Assembly (NCBI RefSeq): GCF_902459465.1
Contig: NC_047073.1
Location: forward strand, 9,672,001-9,736,000
Direction: 5' to 3'
Source of the DNA: Asterias rubens
Lineage: Eukaryota
Length of the DNA: 64,000 nucleotides
This document shows, piece by piece, positions 13,088 through 23,600 of this stretch; the first letter of the stretch is position 1, and each line of letters starts with the position of its first letter. The notes under the pieces are model-generated. The model worked only from the letters and a program-made list of their open reading frames with translations. It did not search any database and had not been told where the DNA came from. Both the position numbers and the translations under genes were made by a program.

Positions 13088-13894
13088 CGTATGACTCCAG
13101 CCGATAGCCGTAGCCCGAATCGTATTATAGCCTGATTGGCCGTCAATTCAGCCACAACCAAACACTGCCCGTTAAAATCTTCAAGTCAGTGTTTTCTGAT
13201 TGGTGAAGTGAGGGAGAGCGGGGCCGGGGTTTATCTAGCTGGCGATTTGGCTCTCAATGGCGTAGTTTTAACAGAGGTATAAAACAAAGTTAACATTAAA
13301 AAATGTTAACTTTGTTTTATACCTCTATAATTATAAAGTTCTTCGTTATCTGTCAGAAGTTTGTCGAACATAAGTTTTTTTCATCTGCCATGTATAGCTT
13401 TAGTGCGATACATTTCCCCAAGACTTGTTAAAATATAGAAAGAAGAGTGGATGTCATGGGTGGCAGTGACTCTTTAAAGTCAATAATATATTCCATCCTT
13501 TTCAAAGTTTCTGTGACCCAAAGCTAGTATTAATTGACTGAATTTGTGTTATAATTCACCATAAATGGTCCGCGTTTTTGGTTGATGCGATATAATGCTT
13601 CGGGCATTTTGATTGGAATGCTTTTAAAGTTCAGTTGCCGTAAATGTCCCTCACACCAAAAGTCTCCAACAGGGATCATGACCTTTGGTCGAAGGTCAAC
13701 TTAAAGGGGTAGTAGCTATTCATGACATAAGAAAATTCAAATGCAAATGTTTTACCTGTAAATAGTACATGACTGTATGCGAAGTGTAGACCATGTAACC
13801 TGTTAGAAAAAAGGGGAAATTTCCATGGCCTTTTTCGTGTAAGCAAGATACACTCCACCCGATATCAATAGAAAACATGTGTCTCTGGTGATTA

Positions 13895-14665
13895 TCTAGG
13901 TGAACTTCATAAATTTCTCTTGGTGACTAGAATATGACATGGCTATAGACCTACTCCTCCCCACCTACACCGTCCCTTTAAGGGACATACTGTATACATG
14001 GAGGTGAATCCTGGGTCATGGGGAATTTACAAAGTTCCCTGGCGACTATGCGAGACAGCGGTACTACACCGTACCTTTAAGAAACTTGTTAACATGTGAA
14101 GAGTGAAACCGGGGTTCTGTCTTCAAAATCATAAAATTCCATGGTGACTGTAGGAATATATAGGACAACAGCTATACTGGCTAAGCCTACCCGTATATAT
14201 ACTGCAACCATGCAAGTCAAGCCAAGGGGTCATTTCTGGAATTCACAAAGTTCCCTGGTGACGACCAGGAATAGGTCACCGGTACTCCTAGTAGATACTG
14301 CACCGTCCCTTTAAAAAGTGAGACCAGGATCGTAGTGAATTCATAAAGTTCCGTGGTGACGACCAGGAATGACAGCGACACTCATACCCTTTAAGGAATG
14401 TGTATGTAATGTCAAGTGAAACCGGGGTCATGTCTTCAAAATCATAAAGTTCCCTGGTGACATAGTAATGGGGCAGTGGCTGTATACCTACTCCTAGAAA
14501 CTGCTCAGTACAAGTGAAACTATAATGGGGTCATTTATGGAAGTCACGAAGTTCCCTGGCGACTATGGTCAGGACAGCGGCACTCCTAGACACTACACCG
14601 TCCCTTTAAGGAATGTACGATGAAATGTCAAATGAAACCGGGGTCATGTCTTCAAAACACTGAGC
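13895..14665. repeat. Degenerate minisatellite, ~100-115 bp monomers with higher-order structure
   Basis: Core AAAGTTCCCTGG(T/C)GAC recurs about 7 times, and TACACCGTCCCTTTAAG and GTGAAACCGGGGTCATG recur. Confidence 0.75.
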
Positions 14666-15155
14666 GTCTTCAATCAGTCCCATCCAGAGATCCAGCTGAT
14701 AAAGCACAGTTCAAGGACCTGTCATTTTATCACCAGGTGATTCTGCTTCTCAAGACCTCGACGGAGTTGGGCTCCGGTCCTTGGCAACCGCTGAAGTGAA
14801 GTTTCCTGTTTCGATTTCCAAATCCGTTACCTAAGCATAATAATCCATCATTCGCAGTTACATTATGGAGGACCACCCATAAACTTTGCTCAATAAACTG
14901 CGTCATTTTATTTTGTGTGAAGGCCAGTCATATAACAACAGCGTGGAGGTTTGTGTGATAGAACATCAAGTCGTCGCTCGGTAACGGCGTAGACATCTTG
15001 TGTTGTACACGTTCGTCGAGACACTTACATGTCATTGCTTATGGTTCGAGTTTCATACATTGCTTGTTCTGTTGAGTCTGCGAGCTTGGGGCTACGATAA
15101 TGTGGTATCAAGATTTGGAACATTCATTTGTGTTGACCTTTGAAATATGAACATC

Positions 15156-15230
15156 TTGGAAGGAATGCTGTTGTCATGACTTGGAAGGAATGCTGTTGCC
15201 ATGAATTGGAAGGAATGTTGTTGTCATGAC
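15156..15230. repeat. 3 x 25-bp tandem repeat
   Basis: TTGGAAGGAATGCTGTTGTCATGAC repeated three times with 1-2 mismatches each. Confidence 0.9.
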
Positions 15231-15734
15231 TATAAAACAAATGATAACCGTGGTCGTCTTTTCATAAGCAGAGAGGAGATAATAGTACTTAAGTGTTCTA
15301 ACGTATGGAGTGGAGACATTTTGTATCAAAATGACTTGATTCTTCGTGCTGCTAGAGTTGTGACGATCGTGAGCATCTTCAACATAGACATTGGACCTTT
15401 GACCGGGACACACGTCTTTCTAGTTTATTTAGTTAAAGGTAACTGTTACATGTAAAATATTGTCACCGTCACTAACTCTCACTTTGGTCATCATTGTTTA
15501 AAACGTGAGTGTGCTGCTCTTCTTGACTTCAAAAACTGTGTGACTTGAACAGCGCCACAGACGTCCATATTTAGGCAAGTTAAAACTACTATTTTACTAT
15601 TTTAATGAAGCAACAGAGTGACTCATGAAAATTTAACTTTTGAGACACAAAACTACAATAATTATTCGTCATTCGCGTATGCAGCTCTGTCTTTTGGATT
15701 TCTGTGAGTTTTGTGGTGGTTTCAAAACTTTAGG

Positions 15735-18098
15735 ATGAGCGCCCTCCATCGAGCAGTTTTTGCCGGCAGAGTGGCAGAGGTACAGTATCTTTTGGAGAGA
15801 AGGAATTGCAATCCAAACGCTAGGGATCAGAATCAGAGAACTCCGCTCATAGTTTGTTCTTTATCATCAGACAACGACGACATGGTTAAAGCGTGTGCTG
15901 TGATCCTGCTCCTTAAAGGTGCACAGATCTGCCTCTCCGACCGGCTCGGGAAGAACGCCCTCTCTTGGGCCTGCGTGAGAAACAAAGTGCAACTCGTGCA
16001 GCTTTTTCTCAGCGATTATCCAAATCGGTTTCAATTTGACCTACGGAAGCGGGACAGGGACGGGAACACGGCGCTGCACCTCGCCGCCCGGGAGGGCAAC
16101 ACCGAGATCGTAGAGCTCCTGTTCGACGCGTCGGGGGAGGGCGAGTTGCACGCCGTGGTGACGGAGCGTAACATCCGCGGCGAGACACCTCTACACCTGG
16201 CGGCTAAACGTGGCAACTCTGGCGTTATTCTCGGACTTGTCTCCGTTTCATCGGATGCTTTATTGAGTAGGCGAGGTGCAGTTGACTCCCGCAGTGCTCC
16301 TAAGTGGGCAAAAGCTGCAATGAAAATGGCAGGTGCGGTAGATGTTAACGCGGGTAGTAGACCACTTTCAGAGCAGCCAGTGATGAGAAAGAGTGCTCGT
16401 GGAAACTCCGCACACAATGCTCGCGTAAGACGCCCTCAAACGGTCACATCTACAAAATCAAAGCCATGCCCCACGGCAACGTCAACCGATATATCAACTT
16501 TGTTCAAAATTTCAGAGATGCAGATAAGTTCAGCGTGGCGCCGTCCAGCGCAAGCTCCCCCAACGACGACAACGCCCTCTGTTGTCGGAAATGACGACAA
16601 ATGCAAACGCCCGCGATCCTCCCGCTCAAAGATGATTGGTAAAGGTAGAAGCCGTAGCCACTCAGTGGCGAGTCGCGGTCGTCCGTTGAGACACAGCGTC
16701 GTAGATGACATTGTTGAAGAGGAGCCATGTATTCAGCAACAAAAGCAAGTACCCCTTGTGGTCGTAAATGAACTGGCAGAGGGCGCTGTTAAGGATTTTT
16801 CCTCCAGACATTATATTGATGATCCGGTGAAATCATCAAAAGCTTCAAAGAGATCCTCTCCACTGAATAACACTACGATGTCGTACCTACCAGACTCTCT
16901 TGTACAAGGTAGAAACTTCTTAACACCATTCGGTGGAGCCGGTATGGAGTTCCAGTTTGCCAGCAGGAACTCGTCACTTCGGAGTCTTGCCAGTGACATA
17001 CCCGGCCTCCTAGCTGAAGACCCAACCCCAGCGTTCGACAGGTCTGAAACTCTCCCCGTCATAACACGCGATGGGTACCTGGCCATTACGCAAATGCGCC
17101 GCTCTAAAAGTGAGCCCTCATTGTTAACCGCCTTCGACCAACAAGTAACGCCATCAAAACTTCATGATACACGATACGGATCCAAGCGGGCGTATAGCCG
17201 CAAAGGGCGGCCTACAAGTCGAAGACGTGGACACGGTAAAACTCAAGTACTCGATATGAAAGAGAAATGCACTGGTAGTGGTAGGCGGCCGACTTCCAAA
17301 GTTACCCCGTTCAAAATGGAAGTTTCACACTACGGGAGTTCACATCAAATCGGGGTGGACACGATCGCCCCGTCCGTGCCGCCCACACCGACCCCGAGCA
17401 GCCGGTCGTACCGGCGGTTCACGCGGCCTGCCCGGGAGGTCGAACTCACCTCGCAACGTCGCCGCAAGGAATTGGAGGATAGGATCAGGGCTATTCAAAC
17501 AGACATCAAGAGATTGGAGAAAAGGAAGAAGGGGCGGAGTTACAAGCCCCTCCTTCCCGAATGGATGAATGTCAATCAAGAGACGACGGTAGATGAGCTT
17601 GTAGCTGCAGTCCTACACGATAAGAAGCCCACCATCAGGACCTCAAAAGAGATACCTGACTTTCACTCAAGAGACGATCAAAAGAGCGGGCAATCTGGAA
17701 TGGTACCGGACAGTCCACAACAACAACCTACAGCACCAGGTTCCGCAAGGGATCACCACTTGTCGAGATCCGACACAGGATACCATACTAAAGAGCGCCC
17801 TCATTTGCCTTATAAAACCAGGTTTTCATCAAATGAAAAAGAAACTCCAAATTCGATTTACAGGAGTGTGCCAACGCTTCGTATATCTCGGCCGGCTCAA
17901 GCGCCATCTTACAAGCAATCCAGATCCATTCATAAGCAACGTTACCCCATAGGGGGACAGACACACGTAGACAGTGCCCGGGATGTCAGCCTGAAACCCC
18001 GGGTAGATCTTCACAACCCACGGCCTAGACTTCACAACTCTACTCCTCGTTCGTGGAACACAACGGCTGTTAAAATGCTACCAAACAATAATAAGTGA
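15735..18098 (+). CDS. Ankyrin-repeat protein (~5 N-terminal ANK repeats, long low-complexity tail; ANKRD34/ANKRD63-like architecture), ~787 aa, single coding exon
   Basis: ORF 15711-18098. Likely start ATG at 15735, just after an acceptor-like CTTTAG|G. ANK motifs ALHRAV, TPLIVC, NALSWAC, GNTALHLAAREGNTEIVELL and GETPLHLAAKRGN. Confidence 0.85.
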   Translation: MSALHRAVFAGRVAEVQYLLERRNCNPNARDQNQRTPLIVCSLSSDNDDMVKACAVILLLKGAQICLSDRLGKNALSWACVRNKVQLVQLFLSDYPNRFQFDLRKRDRDGNTALHLAAREGNTEIVELLFDASGEGELHAVVTERNIRGETPLHLAAKRGNSGVILGLVSVSSDALLSRRGAVDSRSAPKWAKAAMKMAGAVDVNAGSRPLSEQPVMRKSARGNSAHNARVRRPQTVTSTKSKPCPTATSTDISTLFKISEMQISSAWRRPAQAPPTTTTPSVVGNDDKCKRPRSSRSKMIGKGRSRSHSVASRGRPLRHSVVDDIVEEEPCIQQQKQVPLVVVNELAEGAVKDFSSRHYIDDPVKSSKASKRSSPLNNTTMSYLPDSLVQGRNFLTPFGGAGMEFQFASRNSSLRSLASDIPGLLAEDPTPAFDRSETLPVITRDGYLAITQMRRSKSEPSLLTAFDQQVTPSKLHDTRYGSKRAYSRKGRPTSRRRGHGKTQVLDMKEKCTGSGRRPTSKVTPFKMEVSHYGSSHQIGVDTIAPSVPPTPTPSSRSYRRFTRPAREVELTSQRRRKELEDRIRAIQTDIKRLEKRKKGRSYKPLLPEWMNVNQETTVDELVAAVLHDKKPTIRTSKEIPDFHSRDDQKSGQSGMVPDSPQQQPTAPGSARDHHLSRSDTGYHTKERPHLPYKTRFSSNEKETPNSIYRSVPTLRISRPAQAPSYKQSRSIHKQRYPIGGQTHVDSARDVSLKPRVDLHNPRPRLHNSTPRSWNTTAVKMLPNNNK

Positions 18099-18281
18099 CC
18101 CAACAACAATCACTTCAGTTGCTGTGGCACTGCTAAAAGTGACACTGTAGCTAGAAACAGTCGTAGGGTTTTTACAAGCAACGAAAAATTGAAGTAAAGT
18201 TTCTTCTTTTGAAAATGTAAGACTTGTTTTGTTTTGTTTTACTACGGCAAAACAGAGAAACGCTTTTTATGCAAGAATATA

Positions 18282-18610
18282 TTGACGATGACTAGAGCAA
18301 GCTAGTCGAAACGTTGAGACCAATTTCAGAACTGACTCCGCGGCAGTACAGTTAATTACGATCCTATAAGCTAAAGTAGTAGTCCAGTCTAATTTCTATC
18401 CCATCCGCCCTGGTAATAGTTAAAAAGCAGGACAGTTCTTTTCAGAACTGAGAAGTCTCCCGAACCTCCGATTATCTACTCCACGGCAGTAGAATAAAGC
18501 AAGACAGTTCCCTAAGAACAACTCTACCTGGCAAGTAGATACACACATGGTGTTACCGCAAACCAAATATACATTGATACCTCACCATGCATTGCCTCAA
18601 ATCCTATAAT
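18282..18610 (+). mobile_element. Non-autonomous interspersed repeat with hammerhead-like 5' motif (Penelope pLTR/retrozyme-like)
   Basis: TTGACGAT-GACTAG-AGCAAG-CTAGTC-GAAAC-GTTGAGAC, with a perfect 6-bp stem before GAAA. Its 3' part recurs inverted at about 22125-22200. Confidence 0.45.
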
Positions 18611-18636
18611 ATATTATTTCTAACAAAAATATATAC

Positions 18637-18810
18637 GGGCAAACTTGGTAGTCTAATTGTAAGACATCTACTCTAGAATGGCAAAGGTTGTGGGTTAGAA
18701 ACCCACCCGAGTAATGCCTGTGATTTGTTTTCCTTAGCAGAACTCGGACAAGTGTTGAGTATTATCAATGTTAATACACACCGCCGGTGTATATGGGTAA
18801 AAACATTTAA
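18637..18810 (+). mobile_element. tRNA-derived SINE, degenerate
   Basis: A-box/B-box-like head GGTAGTCTAATTG..GGGTTAGAAACCC. Homologous to 24385-24575 and 52490-52590. Confidence 0.6.
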
Positions 18811-19451
18811 TTATAACCATCCCCTATGGAAAGTATTAAAAGATACACAAATATAGCTCTTAATAAAACAAGAGATTTTGAACATTTTTTTATGACATGG
18901 AGTTTGCTTATAAATAACAAAGTGATTATAAAGGGTTTTACAAAACAAGAAACAGAAAGTTGAAAAGCAATGTTTTCTGACTTCTGATCACTCTTTTTTT
19001 ATTTTTGAACAGAATCACAAATAGATACATTTGATTACTTGATTAGGATATTCCATTTGAAAAACAAAATCAATAGTCTACTGATTTATGAATCATTTCA
19101 ACCATTGTAGTACACGTACACTCACACATAAACTTTGGAATTTCACCGTGAATTTTAAACTGAAAGACATTGTGTGGTATCGTTTGAAATGCATTGTGGT
19201 TTTATTTGTTTTATATACCTTGTTTGCTGGGTTTGTTTTATTTTTTTAAAGTATTCATATTTTGTATAGCACCTCTTCTGCATAACCGTAGTTCAACTAA
19301 TAATGGAGCAACCTTTAAATAAACCAATTGAAATGTAGTCATCTTTTCGGTTATGAACTGTCGAGATTACAAGTAATTTTTTTAATACAATAAACACTGC
19401 AAACTCAACCCAAAAATTATTACTGTAGACAGCAAAACCAGAGCATTTTAA

Positions 19452-19830
19452 AGGCAGTGGACACTATTGGTAATTACTAAAAATAGTTTTTAGCATAAAA
19501 CCTTTCCTGGTGACGAGTAATGGGGAGAGGTTGATGGTATAAAACATTGTGAGAAACGGCTCTCTCTGAAATGCTATAGTTTTCGAGAAAGTAGTAATTT
19601 TCCGCGAATTTGATTTCAAGACATCAAGTTTAGAACGTGAGGTCTCGAAATCAACCATCTAAACGCACACAACTTCGTGTGACAAGGGTGTTTTCTTCTT
19701 TCATTATTATCTCGCAACTTCGATGACCGATTGAGCTCAAATGTTCACAGGTTTGTTATTTTATGCATATGTTGAGATACACCAACTTTGAAGGCTAGTC
19801 TTTGACAATTACCAATAGTGTCCACTGCCT
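19452..19830 (-). mobile_element. Kolobok-type MITE K1, full length
   Basis: TTAA at 19448-19451 and 19831-19834. TIRs AGGCAGTGGACACTATTGGTAATT / AATTACCAATAGTGTCCACTGCCT. Confidence 0.85.
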
Positions 19831-20499
19831 TTAAACCAACATCAACAACAGATGATTTGGTATGGGGCGCCGCAAGAGCAAACTAAGGTCTTGGAACTCC
19901 TAACTTTGTTAGGCTACCGCTACCAAAGATAACTCATTGTCACTCAAGCACCCATGCTCAACCAAACCTAATATCCAGTGATGGTCTATTAAATGTGAAA
20001 TATAATAAAAATGTCATGCTTAAACTCAATTTTTTTTTTTTTTTTTTTTTTTTAATAAGATTGACCTATAGATTATTTGGTATGGGGCGCCGCAAGAGCA
20101 AAGTAAGGTTTTTGAACTCCTTGTTACTTTTTAGGCTACCGCTACCAAAGTAAAGCCATTGTCAGGCACCCTTTTTCAAACCAGTCCATTGATGGTCTGT
20201 TATTCGTGAAATGCAATGTCACACTTTACTTTTACTAATCAAATTTCATATTTTTTTGTTAGAGTTCGTTCGTTCACAACAATTGATGAGTGATATTCCT
20301 TATCTTATTCCGTGAAAATTTAGTGACGTTAAATCTGTGATTGGTTTGCATTTTTGTATTATGGTCTCTTGTATAACCGGAAGTACCAGACTATTTTCTC
20401 TTATAATGGTCTCTATAAAGAATAGGGGACTAATTTCCACCAAGTGGAATGTTTATATAGCAACTTTCTGCTAAAGCAGCTCTACGAAGTTTGGCTCAG

Positions 20500-20666
20500 G
20501 GCTTTATTTCATAAAGCCTGTAAGCACACAAATGTCCTAAAGCACAAAAAGATCATTGCTTAACAGACAAAGATTGCCAGCCAAAACTATGTTAACATAC
20601 ATTGTTGCTAGGCAAAGGACTCCGTCAAGCTGTATTTTCTGCTTAGCAGCTTTATGAAATTGAGCC
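20500..20666. mobile_element. Harbinger-type MITE with CAG target duplication
   Basis: CAG-GGCTTTATTTCATAAAGC...GCTTTATGAAATTGAGCC-CAG. Confidence 0.65.
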
Positions 20667-20693
20667 CAGGCCTTACACATTCAACAGATTTCT

Positions 20694-23600
20694 CTATTGC
20701 TTAGCTAGATACTTGACTTCAACCTTAGGGATCGTCTTAACAATTGACAGCTTGGTCCTGATCCCATCGACGAAAGTGTCGACAACTTGAACCGTATCCA
20801 GGTCGACTGGGGCCAAGTCGTACGGGTTCTTGTCGAGCACCACCAGGTCGGCCTTCTTGCCTGCGGCGAGGCTCCCGTGGAGCTTTTCCATGTGAAGCTG
20901 CCAGGCTGCGTTGACGGTATAGGACTTCAGAGCTTCGTGTACCGTCACGCAGTACTCCGGGCCGTAGGGCGTGTTAGGGTCGTCCCTGGTGCAGCGAGTC
21001 ACGGCAGTTTTGATGTTGTTGAAGGGGGCTGCACTACCCGGGAAAGTTGGGTGATCCTGCAAGAAAGAATTGGAAATGTTTTATTCTGGAAGTGTAAACT
21101 GAGTGTTGGTGTTTTGGAAAGGTCACTTATTGTATTGAGTTTTGGTCATGTTGATAGCTGTTAAGCAGCTAGTTCTGCTGAGTAAATATCTTTGTTAAGC
21201 GAGAATTGAGTAGGGTACTAGTCGCAGTAATGTGAACTGTATTGTATTTTGGCTGGTAACCTACTATCTGCTATGCAGTATTTCTGCGTTAAGCACGTTT
21301 TTTATGGTTTATGAAAATTTGGCCCTTGTGATTAATCAAAGTTGTATGATGGTATTTCGGTTCCAATAGGTTGAAGGGATTTTTTTATTAAGACCATTCA
21401 ATGCCCCTTTACTGATTGAAAATGTTCAGATTCTTCACCATGTGAAGAGAAATCAGTGGGTGGGGTGTAGTGGTTTCTTTCCTCGCCTTCCACTCTAGGA
21501 GCCCGGTTAAAATCACGCCTGGGCACTATGTGGATTGAGTTTTGTCCAGGGTTTTCCTCCCACATCTAAAAACTGAAAATTCCTTCTTTGTCTTCTCCAG
21601 GGTTCTTGGCTAGATAGTGATGAAGCCCGTTTGGAGAGTATTTGGTCTCAAAACCTGACGGGCACTAATGTGGATTGGAAAATATCTCTTGGGCTTCCTC
21701 CATATATAAAACTGAAACTTCCTCCTTTTTCTTCTCTCCATAGGGTCCTTGGCTATTGATTAAGCCCACTTTTCTGAGAGTCTTTGGCTTCAAAACCAGA
21801 ATAAAGAAAAAGGAAATAAAATATTTAAAAAAACAAAAACAAATTGTCTTGCATACCTGGTGAATAGTCCAAGTGATTCCGTTCTTCGTAGCCTCACTGA
21901 TTGGAGTCCAGCGGTTGACTCGATCACCGAAAATGTCCGTCTTGTAGACCAATCCATAGAACCGAAGATGATCCACGAAGAACGACAGGCCGAGGTTGAG
22001 CTTGCCGGCACGGGCGATCTGCTCCGGGGTCATGAGACCAAGATGCTCCATGCGGTGACGGTTGTCCAGGTTCTTGCACTCACTGAAGACCTAAGTTACA
22101 AAAGCAAACAAAATATAGTTTATGGGATTTGAGGCATCATGGTGAGGTATCAATATATATTTGGTTTGCGGTAACAACATGTGTCTACTTTGCAGGTAGT
22201 TATCACCATTATTTTGAAAGAAGCCCAAAGAAGTGGTTTGTGATATAATTTGCAGACATTGAACACCGTCATGTTCTTCTTACTCTCAAACTTTTAGCAA
22301 CAGTAAAGCCTTTGGTATTGGCCTCTTTGTGATATTAAATTATTTCCTTGTCTATTACGAGCACTGTGTTTCTGCAAAAAGGGTCTATCCAAAGACTTAG
22401 CCTCAATTTGCAAGTTGGAGTTCGATGCGACCGAAATTGCACCGTACACGTTCGTAAGCCCTTAAAGGACATGTTCAGAGCTCTGGGGAAGGCTACTGCT
22501 AGAACCCTCAGAGTTTAGCCTCAATTTTAAATTTGAGGTACTTGGATGGAAGTCTTAGACCGAAGTTGTACGTGGCTCTCACAGTTGGCCTCAATTTGCA
22601 ATTTGAGGCTCTTGTCTGGAAGTTCACTACGACAGAAGTTGTACCCTTACCTGTTCGTAAGCTCTCAGGACCTGTTCGGAGCTCCTCTCTCCGTGGCAGT
22701 GGATCGCAAACTGCTTCCCCTGCAAGTGGGACCTCTTGATGGTGTCATAGAGGGCATCGCTGGCCATGTTCAGGGTTCCGTAGCCTGGTGCTGGGGGAAA
22801 GCCTAGGATGTCGGTCAGCGGGCCGGTCATGTAGGGCTCTTGGGTGGCTGCGGTGCCGCAGTGCGGGGAGCCGTCTGCCACCAGCTTGAGGCCAGCCTCC
22901 CAGAGACGGGAGCTGTAGTTGCCCACACTGCCCGTGTACTGCTCACTGCGGAGCTTGGACTTCTTAATACGGCCTAGGGCGCTGCAGCACCTCACCTTTG
23001 GGGATGGAGCCATACGTCTGCCGACTAAATCGCCATCAGTCACGGCATGTGTCATCTTGTAGAGAGCTAAGATAGGAAATAAAATGTCACCAACTAACTA
23101 CCCATTGTTCTGGTCTTCGGGGAAATATAAACCTACCCATAGTCAAAACAATGTTTACTCCGCCAAAAGACAAAGAGTTTTGTCCCCCAAGACCCGTTAA
23201 CATAAAAACGCTTATCACTCACGTCCAATCGCCTATCAGGTGGACTTTTTTTGCATGGCGCATTGGAGTGTTTTAAAAAATCAAACAAGTTGTGCCCCCA
23301 AAATATGTTTTGATTTTATTTTATGCACGTTCGCCCCAATCAAGGCTTAAAGACACTGGACACTATTGGTAACTGTCAAAGACCAGTCTTCTCACTTGCT
23401 GTATCTCAACATAAATGCATAAAATAACAAACCTGTGAAAATTTGAGCTCAATCGGTCGTCAAAGTTGCGAGATAATAATGAAAGAAAAAACACCCCTGT
23501 CGCACGAAGTTGTGTGCATTTAGATGGTTGATTTCGAGACCTCAAATTCTAAATCTGAGGTCTCGAAATCAAATTTGTGGAAAATTATTTCTTTCTCGAA

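Noticed and set aside
13895-14665. Repeat-spacer-like look (possible CRISPR)
   Set aside because: Repeats are degenerate, the intervening sequences are homologous to each other, the genome is eukaryotic and there are no cas genes. It is a minisatellite.
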